Origin: Nitrospirales bacterium
GTDB lineage: Bacteria > Nitrospirota > Nitrospiria > Nitrospirales > UBA8639
DNA: 64,000 nt
Assembly (NCBI GenBank): GCA_965203295.1
Contig: CBDBCZ010000019.1
Span: forward strand, 1,696,001 to 1,760,000
Reading direction: 5' to 3'
The notes beneath the pieces were generated by a model. The model saw only the letters and a program-made list of their open reading frames with translations. It had not been told where the DNA came from and did no database searches. The first letter of the stretch is position 1. Every line of letters begins with the position of its first letter. Position numbers and translations under genes: made by a program. Shown here one piece after another: positions 51,826-63,500 of this stretch.

Positions 51826-52260
51826 ATGCTATCACCATCCCCTACTGATTATCCAACCCAGACCGCCGGAGCCTACGAAAGTACAGACCAGGACGCTTCG
51901 TCCATCCACGCAATGGACCCACCCCCAACATCCTTCATTCGCAGAAAGCCTGTTCGATTAACTATCTATACAGGATTTATCCTCCTTGGCCTATTCATGC
52001 TGGCTTGGGGGTACCTCCCCGTCCTGATGGATCCAACTTATGAAAAACACATAGCGGATAAGAGCGTGGTTGTTGGCATGACCCGCCAACAAGCCCTAGA
52101 GGCTTGGGGTTCTCCTTATCAAATGAATGTCACCTATACCAACAACGGGATACGGCGGGAAGAATGGATTTACGAAGACTGGATAGACGCTGGGAGCGTA
52201 CAGCACCGATATCTATATTTCGAAGAAGGAAAATTAGTCGGCGGTTGGTATTACGAGTAA
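51826..52260 (+). CDS. Membrane-anchored SmpA/OmlA-like domain protein
   Basis: VGMTRQQALEAWGSP...EEWIY...YLYFEEGKL. Confidence 0.7.
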   Translation: MLSPSPTDYPTQTAGAYESTDQDASSIHAMDPPPTSFIRRKPVRLTIYTGFILLGLFMLAWGYLPVLMDPTYEKHIADKSVVVGMTRQQALEAWGSPYQMNVTYTNNGIRREEWIYEDWIDAGSVQHRYLYFEEGKLVGGWYYE

Positions 52261-52263
52261 CCC

Positions 52264-52506
52264 CTACCCAGCCTCATTCCATTCATCGGTTTCATTGAGA
52301 TGACTTAATAAGATTTGGGCCCTTTCTAATTCCGACTCCGGGACCATAATAATTCTCGTATTGAAGGGCAAAGAAGATCCAGGATATAAGCTCCCAAAAT
52401 GCTCGTTTTGTACGTAATACTGGATGTTATTACCATCAAGTAAGCTTTTGATAACCGCAAGCTCTCCCTCATCATGACACTCTAGAAGCTTCTCAAAATT
52501 CATCAC
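52264..52506 (-). CDS. DUF2007-like putative signal-transducing protein
   Basis: IKSLLDGNNI, IMVPESELERAQIL. Confidence 0.75.
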   Translation of the reverse strand: MMNFEKLLECHDEGELAVIKSLLDGNNIQYYVQNEHFGSLYPGSSLPFNTRIIMVPESELERAQILLSHLNETDEWNEAG

Positions 52507-52577
52507 TCTTTAAACCTCAGAATAACCTTCAATAGCCCTCAAACTTTAGCCCTTCTAAGTCCCCAATCCTTTATCAA

Positions 52578-52862
52578 TCAAGGGGTTTCGGTTATTTGAA
52601 CCCTCCGTTCCTTTCCCTCTCCTCCGCTAATGATCAGGACTCGCTTCCATTCACGAATTTGGTAAACCGACCAGGCATGAGATTGGCCTTTATAATAGGC
52701 TTCAGGATCCTCTCCTTTCGCACTCAGGTAGATAGGCTCTGTGAATCCCTCATCTAAAACGTATTCCATTAAACTCTCTGTGGTTAGGCCTTTCCCCCGT
52801 AAGGCGACATCGGCTAAGAAGGTTAAAATGTCATCTGGATTAGCGAGATTTACCGGCTCCAT
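52578..52862 (-). CDS. Hypothetical protein
   Basis: GAGG RBS, 94-aa ORF. Confidence 0.7.
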   Translation of the reverse strand: MEPVNLANPDDILTFLADVALRGKGLTTESLMEYVLDEGFTEPIYLSAKGEDPEAYYKGQSHAWSVYQIREWKRVLIISGGEGKERRVQITETP

Positions 52863-52998
52863 GACTAGGCAGACCTCAAGTTAAAGTGGTATTGTATAGA
52901 AAGCATTGTAGAAAGGGAAAATAAGGAATTGCAAATTCTGACCGATAATAAAAATCCATACTCCTGACTCTTCCTCTAGGCACTTCAGAAAATAACGG

Positions 52999-53805
52999 GT
53001 GCTGTTCATCGTATCGAGACCCGAGATGAACGTCTTAAGAAAAATCTCCCCCGATCAATTTCGAGAACAACTATTCGATATCCTTAGCAGGAAACAACAT
53101 TGGTCTACCCCCCACTTTAATGGAAGTACGGTAACAAAACAGCAACTCAACATTCACTTCCGCCAAGAATATGCCGTTTACATTCGAGACTTTGCCGTTC
53201 TGCTTGCACGCGTCATCGGCATGAATCCCCCTTGGCAAATCCGAAAACATTTAGCGACCACCATCTATGAAGAAGAAACCGGTGGTCTCTCCTTAGGACG
53301 ATCACATAAAGAACTTTTCCTGAAAATGATGTTAGGCCTAGGGTATTCCCGAGAGGAATTTCATGACGTTGAACTGTTATCCCGAAGCCGGGCCTATCGG
53401 GAATGGTTGGAAGGATTATGTCAGGAAGATCAATGGCTGGTAGCCACAGCTAATCTCACCCTATTCGTAGAAGGAACCATCAAAGACCGAGAGGAAGCAT
53501 GCTGCACTCATTATCCCAAAACAAAGGCCGAAATTAAGGCCGAAATTGAGGACATTGTGCTCAAGCACCCTTTAGTCGTCCACCATGGATTGAGTCCTGA
53601 TTGTATGGACTTGGTTCGCGTCAGAGAACTTGTCGAACCAATGAATCGCCAAATTGTGTACGACATTATCGTGGAAGAAGCCGTCAAAACAGGGCAACAA
53701 AAGCTGGTACTGGAAGGGATGCAGCAAGGCTTAGATCTGTGGCTCCAATATCGAGACGGTATTGCCCGTTCTTGCGGACTTCGAAACACTCAGCCTCTAT
53801 CCTAA
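52999..53805 (+). CDS. Heme-oxygenase-like (TenA/PqqC/CADD) protein
   Basis: YEEETG...HKELF, FVEG; third metal motif degenerate. Confidence 0.7.
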   Translation: MLFIVSRPEMNVLRKISPDQFREQLFDILSRKQHWSTPHFNGSTVTKQQLNIHFRQEYAVYIRDFAVLLARVIGMNPPWQIRKHLATTIYEEETGGLSLGRSHKELFLKMMLGLGYSREEFHDVELLSRSRAYREWLEGLCQEDQWLVATANLTLFVEGTIKDREEACCTHYPKTKAEIKAEIEDIVLKHPLVVHHGLSPDCMDLVRVRELVEPMNRQIVYDIIVEEAVKTGQQKLVLEGMQQGLDLWLQYRDGIARSCGLRNTQPLS

Positions 53806-53862
53806 GACAAGAAAGCCGAGATCCCTCCAAAGCATTTCTTTTCCTCATCCCTTCATCCTCCT

Positions 53863-54220
53863 CTACCGAACAATGACATAATGCAGAGCTGTATCGCCTA
53901 AGATAGCTCCCCACGCGATCGCATTGAGTGTCACCAGATTCGAACTTTTTCCCCACATTAAATACTATAGAGACCACAATCATCACTTGCGTTAAGATAG
54001 AAAACGGTCGATGGACATTAGCGGACATCCCTCCTCCTTCGCTCGCGATAGCCGACGCTGCAGCAAGGAGATAAAAAAGCAAGGCTGCACCTTGGACCCA
54101 TATCATGCGTTTTTCCCGGGATTGTCGCACAACCGCCACAAAGGCCCAGGTTAAACACACCGCAACAACCAGTAACAAAAGTGGGAAAAGGGGCCATAAG
54201 GTTTTAGCACTGAGTTCCAT
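53863..54220 (-). pseudogene. Membrane protein with frameshift near 53960
   Basis: Removing one T gives a fourth TM (WGKSSNLVTLNAIAWGAILGDTALHYVIVR*) and removes the overlap with the convergent gene. Confidence 0.6.
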
Positions 54221-54418
54221 AGAGAAGACCTATCTAAAATGAATGCTCAATCTAAAAAGAAAGAAAACTAAAAAACACCCACAATCTAATCCATCAATCT
54301 TCAAATGGTCAATAAAAGAAGCCTGACGTGAACAGCCATACCCCCCTGTTAACGTATTTCCCCCTTTACCCCAAAGTTCCTGCAATGCTCACGCGAGTAG
54401 ACATCGAACATTCATCCC

Positions 54419-55135
54419 CTACTGAACTTCAATCAATTGCGGTTCTTGTAATACTTTGTCGCGAGGTAAAGGGTCTTGATAAGTCATTCGGCGGTAGCAG
54501 GCATAGGTGACATACGTATCCTGGAGACAATACTCTGCAATGGCCTTTCCCTGTCCTGCTGCCCACATTTCCGCCACGTGAGTTCCGCTTCCTGATTTGG
54601 TCTCCACATTCAACGCCCGCGCTAAGACATCCAACTTTACCCACCCTCGGTTATCCCAGTTACTCCAAATAGCCATCGTGTCATAGACCGGTTCTACCCG
54701 AAATCTCGCCAAGCTAATATCCATCGAAGGTTTGACCTTATGGATAATCGACCGTTTTTTTAAGAAAGGAAGGTCAAATCCTAAACCATTATGCGTAATA
54801 AACAAGGACGGACGAATTTCACCGAGCCGTGCCCAGAACTGTCGGAGGAGATCGGGTTCATTAGATCCGTACCAAGAAACTGCCCCTTGCGGAGACATTG
54901 AATCAGAGAAAATCAGCAAACCAATGCAGACAATGTGACTATAGGTTCCATCAAAGGCCGAACGTTCATACAACTCATTTTCTTTCTTCAGCTGTTCTTG
55001 GATGTCAGCATGCTGAAAAAGATCCTGTGGGGAATCAGCGGAACAGGACTCATTGAGGAGTGAATCAATCCCCATCAAGCGGGTCCATTCCTCTCGTGGG
55101 GCCTGAACAGTCTCAATATCCAGGACAACTTTCAT
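54419..55135 (-). CDS. DEDD 3'-5' exonuclease, PolB-exo-like
   Basis: LDIET, HNGLGFDLPFL, YDTM, YCLQD. Confidence 0.88.
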   Translation of the reverse strand: MKVVLDIETVQAPREEWTRLMGIDSLLNESCSADSPQDLFQHADIQEQLKKENELYERSAFDGTYSHIVCIGLLIFSDSMSPQGAVSWYGSNEPDLLRQFWARLGEIRPSLFITHNGLGFDLPFLKKRSIIHKVKPSMDISLARFRVEPVYDTMAIWSNWDNRGWVKLDVLARALNVETKSGSGTHVAEMWAAGQGKAIAEYCLQDTYVTYACYRRMTYQDPLPRDKVLQEPQLIEVQ

Positions 55136-55707
55136 CCTAGGTCCTTTCTTGGATGAAGTTGAAGGTCATCCATCAGCGACCGAAACATAATGATACCATC
55201 CTAATAACTTCCATCATCATTGGCAATGGCATGAGGAAGAACTGCGATTTCAGAAAAACCCAGTTTGGCCCATAAGGACCGCGCTACCAGATTACGGGAA
55301 AATACGAGATTAAAAATCACGCTGTGATACCCCAAGCGCTTTGCATAATCCAACATGGTAGCGCCCAATAACCAGCCTAGACCTTTGTTGCGCCAGTCTG
55401 GATCCACCATAAAACCGGCGTTGGCAACACGACGAGCCCGGCCAGGCCAATTGGGCTTAAGATAGAACGCACCCAAGAGCGGGAGGCTCTTCAACTGAAG
55501 AACAGGATAGGCAACAACCATGCTCTTTCCTCTGAGCCAGTATTCTTGGACCTCTGCATCCTCCAAAGGTTCCTGATGAAGATAAGAGTCGCCTTCAAGG
55601 ACAATTTTCGAAAAGAGTTCTTGAACAGCAGGCACGTCCTGTTCACTCGCTAGTCGCATCTCAATAGTGATGTCTTCTTTAAGCTTGGCCTGAAGAGGAA
55701 ACTTCAT
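55132..55707 (-). pseudogene. GNAT acetyltransferase with in-frame TAG at 55203-55201
   Basis: RNKGLG, FNLVFSRN, LWAKLGF; DGSY*DGIIMFRSL continues to a TGA overlapping the next ATG (ATGA). Confidence 0.8.
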
Positions 55708-55765
55708 AGCATGGTGGGGTAATGAAGATGGAGAGGAAACCAGATAGGAGCAAGTGATCATTCTC

Positions 55766-56221
55766 TCATTGATCTTTTTCACCAATCTGACAGGAGGCCA
55801 AAAACTGGAGTCTGGAAAGGATCGATTCGTCAGCAGGAGGGAAAGCATAGCGAGAAAAATGGTCTGGTCTCACCCAAGCAAATTCCGCACATCCTAGTGC
55901 CTGAGCTTTCCCCCTTGCGATGGAACAGGAGAAGAAATGCAACTCAACCGATTTTTCAGGATACTCATGATGAACCACAGCGAAAGGGGTCGCCTCAGAT
56001 ATTTCCAAACCTAACTCTTCCTTGACTTCGCGACACACACACGCTTCCAATGATTCACCAGTTTCACGCTTCCCACCGGGAAATTCCCACAGACCCTCTA
56101 AGTGAGCCCCTGCCCTTCGTCGCGTGATTAAATACTGACCATCCCTTTCAATCAAAGCCGCAGCAACCTGGGTCCATTCCTTGGGTTCCCCGGCAAGGTG
56201 AGATTCGACAGGATGAGTCAT
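55766..56221 (-). CDS. mutT: Nudix hydrolase, MutT-like
   Basis: WEFPGGK..GE......[13 protein letters not shown]. Confidence 0.88.
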   Translation of the reverse strand: MTHPVESHLAGEPKEWTQVAAALIERDGQYLITRRRAGAHLEGLWEFPGGKRETGESLEACVCREVKEELGLEISEATPFAVVHHEYPEKSVELHFFSCSIARGKAQALGCAEFAWVRPDHFSRYAFPPADESILSRLQFLASCQIGEKDQ

Positions 56222-56307
56222 AAGGTTTTCAAAATCTTTTCAATTTTGACTCACTGACAGAAGTACGTCCTGAAAAAACATAGGGCAGGCTGATTGCTGA
56301 AATGAAT

Positions 56308-57027
56308 TTATTTCGTCTCAACAGGGTAGGCCTTACAAAATTCCCGCATAGGACACAAAAGGCAATAGGGTTTTCTAGCCGTACAGACCATAGCCCCAAA
56401 ATCCATGAGAGCCTGATTAAAGTCGTACCCCTTTCCTTTAGGAATAACGTCCTCAGACAAAGCCCAAAACTTCGTTTTCTGGGTTTTAGGATCACCTTCC
56501 CCTACAAACACCCGATGCAAGACACGCATCACATTGGTGTCCAAGATCGGAGCATCTTCATTGAAAGCAAAGGATCGAACCGCTCCTGCTGTATACCGAC
56601 CAATCCCTTTCATAGATTGAAGCTCTTCAGGATCATTGGGAATCTTTCCCCCATATCGCTCCACGGTTTCACAGGCAATACTGTGAAGTCGGTAAGGTCG
56701 AATATTATAGCCCAGCGGGTACCATGTTTCCCGCACCTCATCCGGTTCAGCCGAAGCTAAATCTTTCACTGTCGGATACCGCCCCAAAAACTCATGGTAT
56801 TTCGGAATTACCCGATCCACTTGGGTTTGCTGGAGCATGACCTCGGAAACAAGAATTTTGTACGGATCAGCCGTTCGCCGCCAGGGAAGGTCCCGTCCAA
56901 ATTCTGAATACCACTTGAGAAGCCGAGTCTGAAACCGGCGTTTCTGTCCTCGGTCTAGCCCTGCGGAGGAGCGAGAAGATTTGGGTCGGGAGCCATTATG
57001 ATGAGATTTTTTTTGACGGGCCATCAA
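56308..57027 (-). CDS. mutY: A/G-specific adenine glycosylase, short form
   Basis: RDLPWR, SEVMLQQT, GIGRYTA, DTNV, NQALMDFGA, C-x6-C-x2-C-x5-C. Confidence 0.9.
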   Translation of the reverse strand: MMARQKKSHHNGSRPKSSRSSAGLDRGQKRRFQTRLLKWYSEFGRDLPWRRTADPYKILVSEVMLQQTQVDRVIPKYHEFLGRYPTVKDLASAEPDEVRETWYPLGYNIRPYRLHSIACETVERYGGKIPNDPEELQSMKGIGRYTAGAVRSFAFNEDAPILDTNVMRVLHRVFVGEGDPKTQKTKFWALSEDVIPKGKGYDFNQALMDFGAMVCTARKPYCLLCPMREFCKAYPVETK

Positions 57028-57564
57028 TCACCAGTGACACGTGATTGTAGGGATAGGCCCAATTCATTTCAACTAAGGGAAATACGGGAATCAAAGACCA
57101 GAGTGAGACAATTTTTCAAAGCCAAAGCAGTCTCTTGCGTTTCCCCCTATTGACATCCATGACTATCAACCCGACATCATCGAACCAGACCCTTCGGTTT
57201 CTCCAACAGCCACTTTGAAAAGCTTAATCGTTTAAATAGATTCTCATTTAATGGGAATTGAATACACATCTTCGGCGATATACCCATAAATGGGATTAGT
57301 TCAAAATGTCCCTCTCTATTTTCTACTTTCCTCTTGGGGTAAATAGGAAAAACAAACATTATTTTATGTCTAACAGGAAGGGACTGAAGAGGCGATTGGG
57401 TGTCAATCATTGATTATGTCTCACTTTGAAATCCAAAAACCTTTTGAGTCGAGCGGCTTCTCAGCGTCGTATTGTCAGACATGAGTAACACCCTATGATT
57501 GAAAGAAGCGCACCCTTTTCCTGACACAGGAATTTTCTTATGATGATTTCGAGGAGAAATTTCT

Positions 57565-58716
57565 ATGCCGACCAAAACGAGCTGGATACAGAAGCATCCC
57601 AAAAAAATTCTCACTCTCATTCTTTTTTTCATCTTTGTCGCGATGGACTTCTTTTTCACGGTGGGGATTCGTCTGATTCAAAAGGGAACGATTGAGAAGC
57701 GACCGTTTGCTAATCCAGCAAGCATCAGAATTGAGCATCCCATTTATCATCACGGACTCAAGCCCAATTCATTTTCTCTTGAAGAGCGATGGGGGCCTTC
57801 CGCCTTTTCCCTCTACGTGAATTCTTTGGGCTTTCGCGACAAAGAAATCAGGGCCGTCTCGCCTACGACGGACCGCTATAGAATGGTATTTATGGGAGAC
57901 TCATTTACTGAAGACCTTGGCATGGACTTCGAGGATACGTTTATTGGGATCATCGCTGAACAGCTTTCCTCTCACCATGTGGAGATGCTCAATGGTGGAA
58001 TCGGTAGTTATTCACCAGCAATCTACTATGTGAAAACCAGATACATGCTGAACGAATTGCGATTGAATTTTGATCATATGATCATTTGTTTAGATATTTC
58101 AGATATAGAGAACGAAGCCAAATACTATGAAATTGATGATGGAATCGTGACATCCAAGCAAAAGACCCTTATCAACACAGCCAAATGGTTTATTCATGAC
58201 TATTCAACAATTGGGAGGCTGACCCAACATTATGCCAGCAAAACTTATTCCCTCTTCACCCAGCCTCATTCTGATGCCATGCGGACTCAACGCGAAAAGG
58301 AATTGAGCATCGAAAAAAATCGAAGTTCCTGGACTATCCAGCAAGCACTGTTTCGAGAATATGGAAAAGCAGGGTTAGAACAAGCCAAACGGCATCTCAA
58401 TTTACTACATCAACTTCTCTCTGAGAGGGGAATTTCCGTCACACTCGTTGTGTATCCATAGCCCGATCAAATTATCCACAACGATCTAGATTCGATTCAG
58501 GTTCGCTTTTGGCAGGAATGGGCCAACTCACACAACATCCATTTCATCAACCTCTTCCCCTCGTTTATCGAGGCAGGGGAGACTACGGAATCTGCAGAAA
58601 ACACCATTCGGACATACTTCTTTCATGGTGATGACCATTGGAACAAGAAGGAGCATGCCCTTGTGGAGAAACAAATCCTCAATCAGTTAGACCAACTGGG
58701 CATCCCGCCTCAGTGA
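57565..58716 (+). pseudogene. SGNH/GDSL hydrolase with in-frame TAG at 58459-58461
   Basis: NSLGFRD, GDSFT; YP*PDQ continues in frame to catalytic GDDHWN and TGA 58716. Confidence 0.85.
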
Positions 58717-59187
58717 CGATGGTTAAACGGCACAGCTAATTATAAGTCCACGTCATACGAAAATTCACTCCTAATGGTCCACAGACAGCACAGGTGTTCG
58801 GTATTACAGAATCCCTACCCTATTCATGACTCTTAGTCCTTTTTCTTATTAGCGTATATGGAAGTAATGACCGGATAATTCGTGAGTACATACGAAATCG
58901 TCTTGGGTCATGAGTCAGGGCCTTGAAAAAGCAAGGGAATTCCCTGTCGCCGGTTTTCAGAACAAACTCTGTGCCACCCCCAATCAGAATATTTAGAGGC
59001 TTAAGAGTAAGTAAACCAGACGAAGTTTATCCCAATCATTCTAATATTTCGTTTTTAGCTTCAGATAGAAGCGCGCTCCATCTCGTAATCGTTCATCATC
59101 TACCTCAGGCCTCTTACTATCAGTTGCATTCTTTGAGATTGCTGTCTAAACGTTTAGCAGAACCAGCATGTTGCTTGCATGCGCTTG

Positions 59188-60294
59188 TTATGCCTTTCCT
59201 CTATTCAGTTCCTGAACATCTTTCCAGAACGGGCTTTGCCTTAACTTGGCTTGGAGGTCTTTGACGAACTGCTCTTTCCCATCGATTGCTTTGGGCCAAG
59301 AAGCGTCTACGAGATCCCACGCTTGGTCCATTCTCCCAGTGTAAATAAGGTCAAGCATTTCGGCCCAGAGCCTGACCGGAGGTTGTTTACTCTCCCATTC
59401 CGACGATGACTTAATTTCGTCGGCGAGCTGAATGAATTGGTCAAACGAAAGGCTCGTTTTCCTCATGAGATCAGATGCCATCTCATATTGCTGCCCCTGA
59501 TATTTCAAAATCACTGCTGGTGCTGGTGAGGCTGCGAAGGATGTACGCCAGTAGGCGAAAGTCCAATCGACCATTTGGAATTCGAGGGCAGGGTCCTCAT
59601 CTAAGTTTGCGAAATCAGCAAGGCCCGAATGCACCGCATTGATCGTTTGGATGTGCCTAAATCGGTTTCCGATTTCGAAAATATGAAAGAGGAAACAGCA
59701 GTGCGCTCCGCCTGTCCATTCAGACACAAGAAGATTGGGCAGACCATCCCCATTGGTGGATCCATCAAACCCCCCAATAGCATAGAGCCGTCCCTGAGAA
59801 GGCGTGACACCCAAAGCACCTCGTGCAGTCGGCATGGAAGCCAGTTCCACCCATTCATCCTTGTGGAGATCATACTGATAGATGGTCGCGACTGGATGCC
59901 ACACGGAAAAAAAGGAACGAGTGAATCCACCAATCACGTAAAGTTTGTCGTCTAAAGTTGCAATTCCTGCATGATGTAATCCCACAGGCAGCGATGTACT
60001 CGTGGACCAGGAATCCGTAACCGGGTCATAAACCTCCACTGTTCGACTAATTGAAAAACTGACAATATTCTCTAGGGAAGGTTCGCTGAACCCTCCGACG
60101 ACATAGATCTTTCCTCCTAACCCTGCGCTTGCCACTTCTGTTCGATTCACTGAAGCTGAGGCACGAGCGGACCAGCTCCCTTTGTCAAAGAGAGGAGTTT
60201 CCGAATTGACCTCTGGCAGCCCAACTAAGAGAAAACACAGAAAAGCCAAAAGTGTTCGGGTAATCTTTCTAATTAATAATCTGGCCCGGTTCAT
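59188..60294 (-). CDS. Chimeric exported protein: partial Kelch propeller fused to unrelated domain
   Basis: IYVVGG, LYVIGG, LYAIGG blades then abrupt switch at GGFDGSTN|GDGLPNLLVSEWTGGAHCC. Confidence 0.7.
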   Translation of the reverse strand: MNRARLLIRKITRTLLAFLCFLLVGLPEVNSETPLFDKGSWSARASASVNRTEVASAGLGGKIYVVGGFSEPSLENIVSFSISRTVEVYDPVTDSWSTSTSLPVGLHHAGIATLDDKLYVIGGFTRSFFSVWHPVATIYQYDLHKDEWVELASMPTARGALGVTPSQGRLYAIGGFDGSTNGDGLPNLLVSEWTGGAHCCFLFHIFEIGNRFRHIQTINAVHSGLADFANLDEDPALEFQMVDWTFAYWRTSFAASPAPAVILKYQGQQYEMASDLMRKTSLSFDQFIQLADEIKSSSEWESKQPPVRLWAEMLDLIYTGRMDQAWDLVDASWPKAIDGKEQFVKDLQAKLRQSPFWKDVQELNRGKA

Positions 60295-60504
60295 AGCATA
60301 AGTATACCCCTTAAAGGATCAAAGAGAGAAGGAAAATAATTTCCACTGGGCTGAAAGCATGCTGGCCCAGGCAAGATTCGGCCTTTTGTTATGAATGCCA
60401 ATATGGTAAAGGTCAGATCGAAGCATCTTTTCACCGGCATCTATGGCTACCTTTTTTCACTGTTTCCCTTAATCCAATAAGGCAAAACTAATTTAATGTA
60501 AAAA

Positions 60505-63500
60505 ATGTTGCGCTCTAGAATCTTTAAATGGCTCGCCATATTAGGAAGTATATTCCTTCTTCTCATGATTGGCTTGACCTTGCTGTTGACATACTTTTTC
60601 CCTTCAGAACTCTTGCGGACAGAACTTGGAGTTCGGGGCTCTGAAATTCTTGAAGGAACGGTCCGTATTGAAGCTCTTTCATTTAACTTATTGACCGGAC
60701 TTCGACTCAAAGAAGTTGTGGTTCGCAAGTTGTGGTTCGCAAACAGAACAAACGACTTATTCAGGTTGATCATCTCAACTTGGATTATAGCCTCATTGGG
60801 TTGATGAAAGGACATCTAACAATTAATGAAATGCTGATTGATCAAGCCGATGTCTCACTCAATCTCGAGGAATTAGGCCCTTCTGTTGAGGCCGAAAAAG
60901 AAGTACCTCCTCCCACGCAACCTTCTGAACCAGCTGAGTTGCCCCTACTTCCTTTATCTTTGGATCTTGAAACGTTGGCAATCAAAGATTCCAATTTCGA
61001 CCTTGTTATCTCACCAACTCTCACTCTCACGATGACCCAATTGAATCTAGGACTCTCAGGCAGCATTGATGACACGGAAGCAGAATTAAATGGATCACTG
61101 CAGGTAGCTGATCTGAATCTCGATCTTGAAGACAAGAATATGCAGTTACCCCTGAAACTCGATTTTTCCTTTTTTGCCAACCTTCCCGACCAATTCCTTG
61201 ACCTCAAGGAACTGACAATTCGATCGGAACCTGCCGTCCAATTGACGCTCTCAGGAAAAATCAAAAATTTTCTGACAAAAAAGGAAATGGACCTCTCGTT
61301 ACATGATGTCCGATTGGATTTAGCTAAGGTACTCCTTGTCGGCAAGGATTTTGTTCCACCAGAATTGGCAAAAATAGAACTTCGAGGCACTCTTTCTCCG
61401 GAAGCTGAAATCAAGGGATCTCTTCCGAAATCAGGATTAAATGGAAAAGTCACTCTGACAGTTGCAGGCACAAAACTTGAGGCTGAATTACCGGCATTCC
61501 AGACGATTCTTCACTCGACAGACTTTTCCATCCGCGCATTTGATATGAAAATTCACGAAGGAATGCCTGAATCCGGCAGCTTCCAGATGAGCCTGTCTAA
61601 TAAGAAAACGGTCAATCAAGAATATCAGGTAGATGAATTTCAGGTACAAGCCTCCGGCGATTACCTTGCTGTCGGACCGGTCTCAGGCAAAGTCAAAATT
61701 TCGGGGGTGTCTACGATTCCTCCAGTTGATCGCTGCAACGTCTCACACTTCCGTTTGGTGTGGAACTGGAGGGAGAAGGTAACTCCAAGAGTCAAGATAT
61801 CGTTCTAAAGCGATTAGCCGTAAAAATAGGGGATTTATTGAACCTTCAGGCCCGTGGGGAAGTCCATCCACAACCTTCGGCTACCGATGGCTTGAATGTG
61901 TCGTTCGCAACATGCCTTGAACCGCACATCGGGCACCTCCTACCATTGATTCCACAAAACTTCCTGGAAGGGATCACGATCACAAAAGGAGCTAAGCCTG
62001 ATGTCATGACCCTCAAAGTCACAGGCACCCTCAATTCGGATTATTCTCCAAGTAAAGCCAAACTTAACGCTGGCGTAAAGTTAACTGACCTCACAACTAG
62101 GGTGGATGACCTTCCGGCATCGGGGACATTGAAGCGTGGGGATGTCCTTATCTCTGCGGTTTATGATGGTCAGAGTGGAGGAGTCAAGGGAAAGGTAGGA
62201 ACGGCCCTCAAAATCTCGGATGTTCGTCATGGTGGGACTTTGGGTGTTGGCCAGTTTTGGCTAAAATCACAATCAACGATAGATGCTACACTCACCTCCG
62301 AGTTTGAGCTGACTAGTATGCGGTCTCGTGATTTACTAAAGGTTGAAATTGGGGAGATTATCTACGAAGACCCTTTCCTGAAAGCTTCTATTGACCAGAT
62401 GACGCTTTCCTCACGGACACAGGCGAATGTGTTTGGCGGTGACTATACTATTGAATCCCTTCGCATCATGAGTGATCCCCTGTTTGATCTGTCCGTCAAA
62501 GGTCGCTATCAGATGGATTCTCAGCAATTTGCGGTTGACGCCGGCTTTCCCTACCTGAATCTCAGCGAAATTAGGGAAAAACGTTTCCGGTGAGATGGTT
62601 CAGATCGTGAATGAAATGAACCCTCAAGGCACCATTTCTCTTTCTCTTAAGGCTTCAGGACGTGTTCCACAACAGAGCGACTTCGATGAGTTAACTCTTC
62701 CCTTGCAGGCAGAAACCCAGGTCACTCTAGAAGATGTAGAAGGGACTTTCGCCCAACACCGCATGAGAGGAGCAAGGGGAAGGTTATCGATGTCATTTCT
62801 GCCAGGAGACCATCCGGTCGCAAAGCTCACCACTGACTTGAATGCCGAGGACATTCAATTAGCCTCAGGCCTTCCCCTGAAACAAATCTCCCGCGCTTTG
62901 GCTCGAGTTGATGTAACCAGCCGGGATTTTGATGAAATCACAATCGACCAGGTCCGCCTGGGGATGAGTGCGGGAGAGATGATAACAAAAGGCACCGTCA
63001 TGGGTATCAAAGGCCTTCTGACGGGGCAAACGTCCTTGGGAGAATTCCTAGGCAAACTGTTTGCGCAAGTGACAACGAAAGTATCTGTAGATTTGGATGA
63101 ATTTCATGACCTTCTGGTTCAGGAAGGTGTGAGTAGCAACGGCCAAGTTCATATTGAGGTTTCCAGCCTGAAGAAGGAAGAAGGGCCACTGGATGTTCGC
63201 CTCCACCTTGGAGCTAGAAAGGTTAGCTTGAAAAAAGAAGGAATGAAAGTGTCCAACGCGGATGGGGGGCTGTCTCTGCGAAAGCAGTTGATCTGGAATC
63301 CACACTCTCAGGATGTATCGCTTGATCAGGTCTTTAAACCTTCAGATGTATTGCCCCAACTCCGATCCCTAAATGGGAAAGGGAGACGAATGGCCATTGA
63401 TGAAGTCGATCTGGGCTTGCTCAAAATTTCTAATTTTTCCATGAATACTTTCTTTGATCAAAACGCCTTGAGAATTCAGAAACTGGCGATGAATGTTCTG

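Noticed and set aside
13792..58461. Amber (TAG) recoding suggested by three in-frame TAGs
   Set aside because: TAG ends intact genes (lptG, fabF, moaB, metH); the interrupted sites imply different residues (Trp-like vs Gln-like); TGA and TAA lesions also occur
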